DNA of 64,000 nt from an uncultured cyanobacterium (GTDB lineage Bacteria; Cyanobacteriota; Cyanobacteriia; Phormidesmidales; Phormidesmidaceae), in assembly GCA_963793265.1 (NCBI GenBank), contig CAWBZI010000001.1, positions 1,632,001 through 1,696,000 of the forward strand, in the 5' to 3' direction. The notes beneath the pieces were generated by a model, which made no database searches, had not been told where the DNA came from, and saw only the letters and a program-made list of their open reading frames with translations. The first letter of the stretch is position 1, and each line of letters starts with the position of its first letter. A program made the position numbers and the translations under genes. This document shows positions 49,345 to 59,018 of the stretch, one piece after another.

Positions 49345-49663
49345 TAGGATTGTAGACCTCCTAGAGAGTTTTATCGACGTGTTCGGTGAGTACACTAAAT
49401 CGAGGCATTGCTATAGCAGCGTATCACTTTAGACAGCGGAACCTTTGTCTATAAAGGTGTAAAAGGACTTAGCCGGATCAGCATAAAGCTAGAAAAAATA
49501 GGATAGATTATCTACCGGAAGAGAGATTTCTAGTGCCTTTTGATGATAACGACTACTGAATCTTGGCGGAAATGTCGGCAGAGGGTATAAAACTTTTGCA
49601 TTGGGTTTAGAGTGGGAGACGGTGCCTAACGCTGCCATTAAGAATCGACGCCAGGACTATTTC

Positions 49664-52345
49664 ATGACCCCTTCTGACCCTTCCTTTTCTGCGGTTGAGC
49701 TACGTGAGGCTGAAACTGAGGCCATGATGGCTTGGGCCCTCAAGGTTGCTAGCTCTAAGGCAACCTACTTTGAGATTGGACAGCAGCTCGCCTACAGGCT
49801 AGGCGCACATCCAATTGAAGAGGGTTTGGTGGAGCTGGGCTTTTGGGTGCCGGAGCTAGCAGGGCAAATTTCGGCGAATGAGCGCCACGTTTATTTAGAG
49901 GTATTTACGCCTACCGCAGCGGTAGACTTTAGTGCGTCTGAGCAGCAGGTACCGTTTCGGTATGAGTGCGTTGAACTGCCACTACAAGGTGAGTTTGTGT
50001 GGGCGGTGGTGAGTGGAATGCAGGTGGGATCGCGCGATCGCCTCGGCGCTTTGTACTGGCTGCGCTACCGTGATGTCAGCAATGGCCTGATGCAGACGGT
50101 GCGCGATGTCGCTCCCTATTCTCTGCCCTATGGCGTGTTTGCCCCAGCAGAGCTGTATGACTTTGACGCATTGCAAAAGGAGAGAAGCGATCGCAACTAC
50201 TTTACCCAAGCCGCCCAAGCCGATCCGGTGATTCCTGCCGAACAAGGGAACGAACCAGCGCTGCCTCGTACCGCCGCCCCGGTCAATATTTTGCAATTGC
50301 ACATACCCACAGCGTCAGAGGAAGGAACCCTAGCCGGACTAACGCGCGTGTATCGCAAGATTGCAGCAAAGATTCGGGGAGATCAGCCGCTCACGCCTGC
50401 TGAACAGCACTACATCGGCTACGACGCGCTGCAACTACTGCCGACCGAGCCCACCATTGAGTTTCGATCAGAAGACGGCCATCGCGACTTCTTTGACATG
50501 GCCGAAAGAAGCAACCGAGAGGTATACGGCGAAGATGGGCCCGTGTGCACAAACGAGCAGTTGACGGTGACGCTGCGCAAGCCCAACACTCAAAACTGGG
50601 GCTACGACGTGCCCATTTTAGGATCTTCGACCACCAATCCTTCGCTACTCGGAAGCCTGCGACCCGATGAGGTGATTGATTTTGTCGCTGAGCTGCACAA
50701 CTTTCCAGGCAAGCCGATTCAAGTCATTTATGATCTGGTGTACGGGCACTCGGATAATCAGGCGATCGCACTCCTCAGCCGCCAGTATCTAGCAGGCCCG
50801 AACATGTACGGCCAAGATCTGAGCCACACGCTACCCATGGTGCGCGCCACCCTACTCGAAATGCAGCGCCGCAAAATCAACACGGGCGTAGACGGCATTC
50901 GGATCGACGGCGGTCAGGACTTTAGATTTTTCAATCCTTTCTCGGGCCGACTAGAGTACGACGATAACTATCTGCTGGCGATGAGCGATGTGGTGCAAGA
51001 AATCAACGGCGCTAAGCGGCTGATGTTCACCATTTTTGAAGACGGTCGCCCCTGGCCTGATGAAGGTTGGGAAACGAAGTCTACCTATCATGAGCTGGTT
51101 GATTTGCGGCCCGATTCGTTCCAGTGGGGGCCTTTGATTTTTGCGCACAATACGCCCGCGCTGAAAGGTTTTTGGGACTATAAGTGGCCGCGCGTGCAGG
51201 AAGTGATGCTGAAGGGCGATCGCTGGATTACCGGCTGCGGCAACCACGATACCGTCCGACGAGGCAACCAAATTCCGTTAGATACAGACGAGACAAACAT
51301 CAACTGGAATTTGGGTAAAACCCTCCCTGAAGTGCTCAATAACGCCTATGACAATCCAGCAACGACGCTGTGGGTGTATGGATTTAGTCCGGGGTTGCCG
51401 ATGGATTTTCTCAACGCGCTTATGCACAGCGGCTGGGGATTTTTCCGCAACACGGACGATCTATACGGCGTGAAGGTGGCGGCTGAAGAGATGGGCTTTT
51501 TGGACTGGCAAGTAACGGCTGAGTTTTACAACAAGCCTCAATTTTTCACACAGCTCAAACAGCTCGGCTTTAAAAATCTGGACATGCTCAAGCAGTTTGC
51601 GCGAATGCTGACAACGGCAATGGATACCTATGAATATGACCTAGATGTGGTGTCGGGTGACTGCCGAGAACGGGCTTTTGAAGCAGATGGCATGGTAGAA
51701 AAGTTTCCGATGCTCAAAGATTTCTTCGATACCCTAGAAGCGTCTCATCTTAAAGGCTTTGCCCTAGCGTTTATGGAAGATACACACGAGTTTAGCCGGG
51801 TTTCTCACTTCATTAAGGAAGTAAATAAGTCTAACGAGCCGCTGCCTACAGAGTCAGAGCAGACGCCGAAGAAAGTCGTAGCAGACCCTACGAAGGAAGA
51901 GACAGCAAAGAAATCAGCTCAGATTACCGATCCAGCGATCGCCCATCGCGCCAAACGAACCATGCCAGGCAACCGCGCGGCCTTTAACCTGGCGCTGCGA
52001 CAGTATCGACAGGCCAATCCCTGGCTTGCAGATAATCTCAGCGGTACCGATCGCTTCAATCGCATTAGCGAGCTGGGCCATACGTTGTTCTATGGCCTCA
52101 GAACCCGATCAATTCCGGGTGAATCTAGCCCGATTGTGGACTACAAGCAGGTGGCGATGCTCGCGCACATGGGCGGCAGCGATGTGCAAACGGCGCTCTT
52201 TGACTGGCTACAGCTCGATCCGAGTGAGTGGAAGGTGGTGATTACTTCGCCGGGGTTGCAAATTGCTGAGGCGGAAGAATTGAAGGGGCTGATGCTAAAA
52301 GATGGGCAGGCGGTGCTGTTAGAGAAGAAGTCGATTTTGGCTTAG
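49664..52345 (+). CDS. gghA: Glucosylglycerol hydrolase (Slr1670-like, GH13-like)
   Basis: RLGAH, SLPYGVFAPAELYD, NWGYD, DLVYGHSD, DGIRIDGGQDF, WGPLIFAHNTP, GNHD; divergent from ggpS and upstream of glpK. Confidence 0.88.
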   Translation: MTPSDPSFSAVELREAETEAMMAWALKVASSKATYFEIGQQLAYRLGAHPIEEGLVELGFWVPELAGQISANERHVYLEVFTPTAAVDFSASEQQVPFRYECVELPLQGEFVWAVVSGMQVGSRDRLGALYWLRYRDVSNGLMQTVRDVAPYSLPYGVFAPAELYDFDALQKERSDRNYFTQAAQADPVIPAEQGNEPALPRTAAPVNILQLHIPTASEEGTLAGLTRVYRKIAAKIRGDQPLTPAEQHYIGYDALQLLPTEPTIEFRSEDGHRDFFDMAERSNREVYGEDGPVCTNEQLTVTLRKPNTQNWGYDVPILGSSTTNPSLLGSLRPDEVIDFVAELHNFPGKPIQVIYDLVYGHSDNQAIALLSRQYLAGPNMYGQDLSHTLPMVRATLLEMQRRKINTGVDGIRIDGGQDFRFFNPFSGRLEYDDNYLLAMSDVVQEINGAKRLMFTIFEDGRPWPDEGWETKSTYHELVDLRPDSFQWGPLIFAHNTPALKGFWDYKWPRVQEVMLKGDRWITGCGNHDTVRRGNQIPLDTDETNINWNLGKTLPEVLNNAYDNPATTLWVYGFSPGLPMDFLNALMHSGWGFFRNTDDLYGVKVAAEEMGFLDWQVTAEFYNKPQFFTQLKQLGFKNLDMLKQFARMLTTAMDTYEYDLDVVSGDCRERAFEADGMVEKFPMLKDFFDTLEASHLKGFALAFMEDTHEFSRVSHFIKEVNKSNEPLPTESEQTPKKVVADPTKEETAKKSAQITDPAIAHRAKRTMPGNRAAFNLALRQYRQANPWLADNLSGTDRFNRISELGHTLFYGLRTRSIPGESSPIVDYKQVAMLAHMGGSDVQTALFDWLQLDPSEWKVVITSPGLQIAEAEELKGLMLKDGQAVLLEKKSILA

Positions 52346-52476
52346 GGACGAGAAGGACTTTGAGGGCTGCGAATAACGATATCTAACAATCGCCTGCCGA
52401 TCAGCGCGATTGGGGGACAGGCGATCTTAAAGTCAAAAGTAGCTGACCTAACTAAGACATAAAGACACCGATCGCC

Positions 52477-53973
52477 ATGAGCCAACCCAACTACGTCATG
52501 GCCCTTGATTTGGGCACCACTGGCAATCGCGCCATTATTTTTGACCGTGATGGCAAAATCAAAGGCCAAGCCTACCGAGAGCTGAAGCAGCACTATCCGC
52601 AGCCCGGCTGGCTAGAGCACGATGCAGCAGAGATTTGGCGCGAGGTGCAGTGGGCAATGAAGCAGGCGGTGGAGAAAGCTGGGATTGCAGCCGATGAGAT
52701 TGCGGCGATTGGGCTGACGGTGCAGCGCGAAACCTGCCTGCTGTGGGATAAGACGACAGGCGAGCCGCTACATAAGGCGATTGTGTGGCAGGATCGGCGA
52801 ACGGCTCCTTTGTGCGATCGCCTCCGAGCCGAAGGCAAAGCCGATCTAATCGCTGATAAAACCGGCCTAATCCTAGACGCCTACTTTTCGGCGACCAAAC
52901 TCAACTGGCTGCTAGACGCGGTAAAAAAGCAGGGTATTGACGACCTTAGCAATGTCCTAGCAGGCACCATCGACACCTGGGCCCTGTGGAACTTAACAGG
53001 CCGCAAGGTACACGCTACTGACCACAGCAACGCTAGCCGCACGATGCTTTTGAATCTGTCTACTCACGAGTGGGACAGTGAGCTGCTCGATTTATTCGAT
53101 ATTCCAGCGAGCCTGATGCCGGAGGTGCGTCCAAGCTTGGGCGAGTTTGGGATGCTGGACGCGCAGATATTGGGCGTAGAAATTCCGATCATGGCGATTT
53201 TAGGCGATCAGCAGGCGGCGCTGTTTGCCCATGGGTGCGATCGCCCCGGCCTCCTAAAATGCACCTACGGCACCGGCAGCTTCTTAGTTGCCCATACTGG
53301 CGATAAAGTAGTGCGCGCCCCTCGACTGCTCAGCACGATTGCCTGGAGCGAAAAGCAAGGCGACACTGTGAAAGTTGGCTATGCGCTAGAAGGTGCGATG
53401 TTCACAAGCGGAGCCTGCATTCAGTGGCTACGCGACGGCCTGAAGCTGTTTGAAAATGCTGCTGAGACGGCAGAGATGGCAGAGCAGGTGCCGGATAGTA
53501 ACGGCGTTTATTTTGTCCCGGCTCTGAGTGGCCTGGGTGCGCCTCATTGGGATATGACGGCGCGCGGGGCCTTTATGGGTTTGACGGGCGGTGCGACTAG
53601 AGAGCATATGGTGCGCTCGGTATTGGAGGCGATCGCCTTTCAGGTAAAAGAAGTGGTCAATGAGGCCAACGCCGCCTGCGGCACGCCGATTATGCAGCTC
53701 AAGGTAGACGGTGGCGCTTGTAATAACGACTTTTTGATGCAGTTTCAGGCCGATGCGCTGGGGATTTCGGTAGAGCGGCCAGAGGTGTTGGATGCAACAG
53801 CGCAGGGGGCAGCGTTTGCAGCAGGGCTAGCCGCTGGGTTCTGGGATGACTATCAGGCGATTGTGGGTACGCGCAAGGTGGGAAAGGTGTTTGAGCCGGA
53901 GGCCGATGCGGTGGCAGATGAGCACTTTGAAAGGTGGGAGCAGGCGGTGGAGCGGGCGAAGAAGTGGACGTAG
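52477..53973 (+). CDS. glpK: Glycerol kinase
   Basis: ALDLGTT, QRET, IVWQDRRT, YFSATK, GDQQAALF, KCTYGTG, YFVPALSGLGAPHW, DGG. Confidence 0.96.
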   Translation: MSQPNYVMALDLGTTGNRAIIFDRDGKIKGQAYRELKQHYPQPGWLEHDAAEIWREVQWAMKQAVEKAGIAADEIAAIGLTVQRETCLLWDKTTGEPLHKAIVWQDRRTAPLCDRLRAEGKADLIADKTGLILDAYFSATKLNWLLDAVKKQGIDDLSNVLAGTIDTWALWNLTGRKVHATDHSNASRTMLLNLSTHEWDSELLDLFDIPASLMPEVRPSLGEFGMLDAQILGVEIPIMAILGDQQAALFAHGCDRPGLLKCTYGTGSFLVAHTGDKVVRAPRLLSTIAWSEKQGDTVKVGYALEGAMFTSGACIQWLRDGLKLFENAAETAEMAEQVPDSNGVYFVPALSGLGAPHWDMTARGAFMGLTGGATREHMVRSVLEAIAFQVKEVVNEANAACGTPIMQLKVDGGACNNDFLMQFQADALGISVERPEVLDATAQGAAFAAGLAAGFWDDYQAIVGTRKVGKVFEPEADAVADEHFERWEQAVERAKKWT

Positions 53974-54021
53974 GGGATGGTGTTTCTTGATTGGGTGTCC
54001 TTATGTGGCGTAGGGTGCGTG

Positions 54022-54117
54022 GCCCTCACCCTAAATCCCTCTCCCAAGGGGAGAGGGACTTCAGATGTTAGAGTCCGGTTCCCTTCTCCCTCGGGGAGAA
54101 GGGCTAGGGATGAGGGC
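54022..54117. repeat. About 96 bp structured palindromic dispersed repeat (REP/MITE-like)
   Basis: GCCCTCACCCTA...TAGGGATGAGGGC terminal arms enclosing two hairpins, TCCCTCTCCC-AAG-GGGAGAGGGA and CCCTTCTCCC-TCG-GGGAGAAGGG. Confidence 0.8.
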
Positions 54118-54238
54118 TACGAGATGTGCGCTAATCGCTTGCTACGACAAGCACTTCAGCTTTATGTTGAAGCTAACGAAAGCCAGAATGCCCCTGCAGT
54201 TTTGTTAATATTCCTCCGTTAGTTCTCAGGATGTTTCC

Positions 54239-55498
54239 ATGCCTCTACCGCTCCATCAGCAAACGCTTTCACTGGATCACAAAACATTCGCCCAAACGCT
54301 GGCGAAGACAGAAAATCTGCTGATTATTCAGGATTTAGATGGCGTCTGCATGGGACTCGTTAACGATCCGCTGACCCGCCGTATTGCGCCTGAGTACATC
54401 AAGGCGACGCAGGCGTTTGATTCGCATTTTTACGTGCTAACAAACGGTGAGCATAGCGGGCGCAGGGGCGTGAATCGGATTGTGCAGCAGAGTTTGGGGC
54501 TAGATGAGGTTGGGGTGCGATCGCAACAAGGCTATCTGCCTGGGCTCGCAGCCGGTGGCGTTCAGTGGCAGTTGCGCGATGGGGCAGTCACACATCCAGG
54601 CGTAAGTGAGGCAGAGCTGAGCTTTCTCAAAACAGTGCCGGATAAGCTTGAGGTGTGTTTGCGTCAGTTCTTTGAGCAGCACCCTCGTCCGCCTGAGCTA
54701 GAACAGAATTTAGAAACCTATCTGGCGGCGACTATTCTAGAGAATATCGCCTCACCAACGGCCAACCTTAATAGCGTGTATCCGCTGTTTTCTGAAGACT
54801 TGGAAACGTTTATCGCATTGCAAAAAGAGCTGCGATCGCACTTTGAAGATCTTCTTTCTCAAGCGACAGAGCAAGGCTTAGAAGATTCTTTTTTCATTCA
54901 CTATGCGCCTAACTTAGGCCGAGACGCTACCGGCAAAGAAATCGTTTGGTTTGCCAAAGGCAGTGAGTCAGGTACAACAGACTTTCAGTTCATGCTGCGC
55001 GGTGCGATTAAAGAAGCGGGCGTGCTGGCGTTGCTTAACCATTATTACTTTCAGCATACGGGTAGCTATCCGCTAGGTGATACGTTCAATGCCAGAGAAG
55101 CGCCGCACGATATGGACGAATTAGTTCAACTCGTTACAACAAACTTTGATCCGGAAAAAATGCCATTAATTGTTGGGGTAGGCGATACGGTAACCGCGCA
55201 ACTGCAAGAGAGTGGAGACGTGAAAAGAGGGGGAAGCGATCGCAACTTTCTCCAGCTCATTCAAAATCTTAACGGCCCGTTCGATAGCGGTAACTTGACC
55301 GTGTATGTAGACAGCAGTGGTGGCGAACTCAAAAATCGAAAGCCCTTACAAATAGAGGAGTTAGATGGCATTCAGCAGGTGATAAAAGGGCCTGGTGATG
55401 CCGCCGATCCGCTGCGATTGAACGTGGTTTTTCCGGGCGGGCATGAGCAGTATGCGCAGGTGTTAGGCGCGGCAGCTCGCGATCGTAGCGCTGTATAA
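54239..55498 (+). CDS. stpA: Glucosylglycerol 3-phosphatase
   Basis: LLIIQDLDGVCM, VLTNGEH, GTTDFQFM, VGVGDTVT, RGGSDR. Confidence 0.92.
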   Translation: MPLPLHQQTLSLDHKTFAQTLAKTENLLIIQDLDGVCMGLVNDPLTRRIAPEYIKATQAFDSHFYVLTNGEHSGRRGVNRIVQQSLGLDEVGVRSQQGYLPGLAAGGVQWQLRDGAVTHPGVSEAELSFLKTVPDKLEVCLRQFFEQHPRPPELEQNLETYLAATILENIASPTANLNSVYPLFSEDLETFIALQKELRSHFEDLLSQATEQGLEDSFFIHYAPNLGRDATGKEIVWFAKGSESGTTDFQFMLRGAIKEAGVLALLNHYYFQHTGSYPLGDTFNAREAPHDMDELVQLVTTNFDPEKMPLIVGVGDTVTAQLQESGDVKRGGSDRNFLQLIQNLNGPFDSGNLTVYVDSSGGELKNRKPLQIEELDGIQQVIKGPGDAADPLRLNVVFPGGHEQYAQVLGAAARDRSAV

Positions 55499-55572
55499 AA
55501 TGCGATGAAAAACACCGTGGTAAACGCTTAGTTTTGAGTCAATCATACTAAGTCAGCAAATTCAAGGAATAT

Positions 55573-55602
55573 AAAGATTCAAACAAACTTGAATCTTTTT
55601 TT
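55573..55602 (+). terminator. Terminator after stpA
   Basis: AAAGATTCAA-ACAAAC-TTGAATCTTT-TTTT. Confidence 0.6.
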
Positions 55603-55795
55603 GGATTGCGTATAAATAGCCTGATAACTTAAAAAGCGTGCTTCTAACCGTTAAATCTTGATTCATTAGGTGCAGACTATTGGGCTATTTATCTTTGACT
55701 TGCGCGTACGGTACTCAGCCCTGTTGACTGCTGAACGCGGAGGCTAGGTGCGGCCATAGTCAATTGTTGTTGTCACTAACCCACAAGACAAACGC

Positions 55796-56908
55796 ATGGT
55801 TACGACTAAAAGCAGGAGGCTACAAGGCTGCTGCGATACCGCTTGCCCAGATAACAGCTCGGCAGCTGGCGCACCCACTATCAGCATCGGGTTACCTGTT
55901 TATAATGGTGAAAACTTTTTGGTGCAGGCCATTGAAAGCGTACTGGCCCAAACCTTTCAAGACTACGAGCTAATCATTTCTGACAATGCCTCTACAGATG
56001 CAACAGCCGCGATTTGTCGGGACTACGCGCAAAAGAGTGATCGCGTTTGCTACCACCGCAGCCCAATCAACAAAGGCCCCGCCTGGAACTACAACCGGGT
56101 GTTTCACTTAGCGCGGGGTAAATACTTCAAGTGGGCCGCGCACGATGATGTGTTCGAGCCGACTTTTTTAGAGAAGACGCTGGCCAAGCTAGAGCAAAAT
56201 CCAGCAGCGGTGCTGAGTTTTTCTCAGGTAGATATTATCGATCACGCCTCGAAACTAATTAGACCTTACAGCGTAGAGATGTCTTTGGACGCGCGGCATC
56301 CGGCCCGGCGATTTCAGGAAACAACCAGCCTGAAGCATCGGTGCTACGAAATTTTTGGCTTAATTAGAACAGGTATTTTAGCCAAAACGCCTTTGATCGG
56401 AGCCTATGCGGGCTCGGATAGAGTGCTGCTAAGTCAGTTGATTTTGCAGGGGCCGTTTGAGGTGGTGCCTGAGCCTTTGTTTAAGGCTAGAGAGCACGCC
56501 GAGCAGTCGATTGCCATGCTGCGAAAGCCCCGGCACAAGCACTTGAGAATGCACGACTATGCCATTTGGTTTGACCCTAAAAATAGGGGCAAAATTTTGC
56601 TGCCCAACTGGCGCATTCTGTATGAGTATGTGGTGGCCATTAGCGCGGTATCAATGAGCTTCACTGAGCGCGCGGCCTGCTGGCTGGTGCTGGTGCGGTG
56701 GGGATTTTCTTATTCAAACTTTGCCAAGCTGGGACGAGACTTAGCGATCGCCTCCGTCAAAATCATCAGCAGGCTCTATCCGTGGCAGGTGAGATCGCCT
56801 ATTCGTAAGGCTCCAATAGCCAAAAACCCGCCGCCTAGATCCTTATCGAGAGAGACGGCTAGAAAAGACTTGCCCAGCAAGGTTCGTAGCGGTTCGTTGA
56901 AGCGGTAG
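55796..56908 (+). CDS. Glycosyltransferase family 2
   Basis: ISIGLPVYNGE, ISDNASTD, YFKWAAHDD. Confidence 0.88.
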   Translation: MVTTKSRRLQGCCDTACPDNSSAAGAPTISIGLPVYNGENFLVQAIESVLAQTFQDYELIISDNASTDATAAICRDYAQKSDRVCYHRSPINKGPAWNYNRVFHLARGKYFKWAAHDDVFEPTFLEKTLAKLEQNPAAVLSFSQVDIIDHASKLIRPYSVEMSLDARHPARRFQETTSLKHRCYEIFGLIRTGILAKTPLIGAYAGSDRVLLSQLILQGPFEVVPEPLFKAREHAEQSIAMLRKPRHKHLRMHDYAIWFDPKNRGKILLPNWRILYEYVVAISAVSMSFTERAACWLVLVRWGFSYSNFAKLGRDLAIASVKIISRLYPWQVRSPIRKAPIAKNPPPRSLSRETARKDLPSKVRSGSLKR

Positions 56909-56943
56909 GAGAAAGACGGGTTGCCAGAGGTAAAGGGTGTTTC

Positions 56944-58191
56944 ATGAAAGTTGCGATTGTTAGTCAGCCTTGGGATACGTTGCAGCCTCCGGTCGGGTCG
57001 GGGTCGATTCCGATTTGGACGTATGAGACGGCAAAAAGGCTCGCGGCTAGCTGTGAGGTGGTGGTGTATGCGCGGCGCAGTGAAGATCAGCCTGTAACAG
57101 AGCGGCATGAGGGCATTGAGTACCGGCGGGTTGCCGTGGCCGGGACAAAGGTTTGTAATGCCGCAGCAAAGACGATCGCTCGCGTTAACCGTAAGTTTCG
57201 CTACCTTAGCGCTACGCTATATTATCTACCCTATGCGCTGAGGGTTGCAGTCGATGTGCGATCGCAACAGTGCGACATCATTCACATCCATAACTTCTCG
57301 CAGTTTATCCCTATCATTAGAGCGATAAACCCAACGATTAAAATTGTGCTGCACATGCACTGTGAATGGCTCAGCCAGTTCGAGCCCGCCGTCATTGCCG
57401 ACAGACTGCGCCAGAGTGACCTGGTGATTGGCTGTAGCGACTACATTACTCGTAAAATACAGGCGCGCTTTCCTGAGTTTTCAAGTCGCTGCCAAACCAC
57501 TTACAACGGCGTTGACGTTGAACAATTTAAGCCAACGCCTTCACTTAACAACAAAGATTTGAGTCTGTTGTTTGTTGGCAGAATATCGCCTGAAAAAGGA
57601 TTGCATACCCTGCTATCAGCTTTTGAAAAAGTCTCTAACCGCTTTCCAACGGCAAAGCTGTATCTGGTCGGGCCGAACAAACCGACAGCGGCTGAATTTA
57701 TTGCAGAGCTAAGTAACGAGCCAATGGTGCGAAATTTGGCTATGCTCGATCCGCCAAACTACCTCAGCAATCTTCAGCAGCAGCTACCCGATGAGCTAAA
57801 AAGAAATGTCTCTTTTACCGGCTCAGTTTCGCACTTGACGCTGCACAGCTATTTTCAGAAGGCCGCTATTCTAGTCAATCCGTCTTTGAGTGAGGCGTTT
57901 GGGATGAGCCTGGTAGAAGCCATGGCGAGCGGCGTGCCAACGGTGGCCACTCAAGTGGGCGGAATGCCGGATATTGTTGTTCCGCATGAGACTGGTCTTT
58001 TGGTTGCACCTGATCGACCGGAAGCATTAGCAGTGGCTATTAACACGCTTTTGGCAAACGATTCGCTAAGAGAGCATATGGGCAAAAAGGGGCGATCGCG
58101 AGCTGTGGACGTGTTTTCGTGGGAGGCTGTTGCGGCTACGCTACTGAGGCAGTATCGGGAATTAGGGGTGGCAGGGGGCGATCGCCCATGA
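56944..58191 (+). CDS. Glycosyltransferase family 4
   Basis: YNGVD, FVGRISPEKG, EAFGMSLVEAMASG. Confidence 0.9.
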   Translation: MKVAIVSQPWDTLQPPVGSGSIPIWTYETAKRLAASCEVVVYARRSEDQPVTERHEGIEYRRVAVAGTKVCNAAAKTIARVNRKFRYLSATLYYLPYALRVAVDVRSQQCDIIHIHNFSQFIPIIRAINPTIKIVLHMHCEWLSQFEPAVIADRLRQSDLVIGCSDYITRKIQARFPEFSSRCQTTYNGVDVEQFKPTPSLNNKDLSLLFVGRISPEKGLHTLLSAFEKVSNRFPTAKLYLVGPNKPTAAEFIAELSNEPMVRNLAMLDPPNYLSNLQQQLPDELKRNVSFTGSVSHLTLHSYFQKAAILVNPSLSEAFGMSLVEAMASGVPTVATQVGGMPDIVVPHETGLLVAPDRPEALAVAINTLLANDSLREHMGKKGRSRAVDVFSWEAVAATLLRQYRELGVAGGDRP

Positions 58192-59018
58192 ACCCAATCC
58201 AAAGAACCTATCGCAGACGACTGAAGCGGGTGATGGCTACCCGGCAAATTGAAGATCTTACTCGCGCGGCAATTGTATTTGCGCCGCATCCTGACGATGA
58301 GACACTGGGCTGCGGCGGTACTATTATCCGCAAAAAAGCAGCCGGGGCCGACGTTAAAGTGGTGTTTTTGACAAACGGCAGTCGTTCTCATGCGGCGCTA
58401 ATGCCTGAAGACAAACTGAGCCAAATTCGGCAGACAGAAGCGCTACAGGCCGGACGAGCTTTGGGGCTAGGCGCTGAAGATATTACCTTTTTAGGGTTTG
58501 ACGACGGTTGTTTGAGCCAATTTAAGCTGGAGGCAAAAGCGCACGTTCGGCGGCTGCTTATGCGGCATTCAACGCCGCATTCGCCGTTAGAAATTTTTGT
58601 GCCCTATGCCCTAGAGCCGCCACCTGACCATGCGGTGACCTATGAGATTGTGGTTGCTACGCTAAATGAGCTAAACGAGCAGCTTGGCTATCAGTACGTT
58701 GTGTATGCCTATCCTATTTGGTACTGGCAGCATTGGCCGTGGATGGGCATTGGAGGGCAGAGCAAAAGAGAGACGCTGCGCATTGCTCAGGCCAGTCTTG
58801 CGGGGAGATCGGGCAATGCTTTGTTAGAAGATTTTCGGCATTCTGTCTATGTTGGTGATGTGCTAGAGCAAAAGTGGAAGGCGCTTAATCAGCACGCCTC
58901 ACAGATGAAAAGGCTACAGCCCAACTGGCCAATTTTGAAAGATGTTGCCAAAGGTGACTTTTTAGATTGTTTTTTTCAAGACTACGAGATTTTTCATAAC
59001 CCTTATGAATCAAGATAA
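58188..59018 (+). CDS. PIG-L/LmbE family N-acetylglucosaminyl deacetylase
   Basis: FAPHPDDETLGCGG, FLTNG, R..EA, PPDH, HASQ; ATGA overlap with the GT4 stop. Confidence 0.88.
   Translation: MNPIQRTYRRRLKRVMATRQIEDLTRAAIVFAPHPDDETLGCGGTIIRKKAAGADVKVVFLTNGSRSHAALMPEDKLSQIRQTEALQAGRALGLGAEDITFLGFDDGCLSQFKLEAKAHVRRLLMRHSTPHSPLEIFVPYALEPPPDHAVTYEIVVATLNELNEQLGYQYVVYAYPIWYWQHWPWMGIGGQSKRETLRIAQASLAGRSGNALLEDFRHSVYVGDVLEQKWKALNQHASQMKRLQPNWPILKDVAKGDFLDCFFQDYEIFHNPYESR

Noticed and set aside
53977..54222. 81 aa ORF between glpK and stpA
   Set aside because: It runs through the palindromic repeat (LTLNPSPKGRGT is a translation of the repeat); likely spurious.
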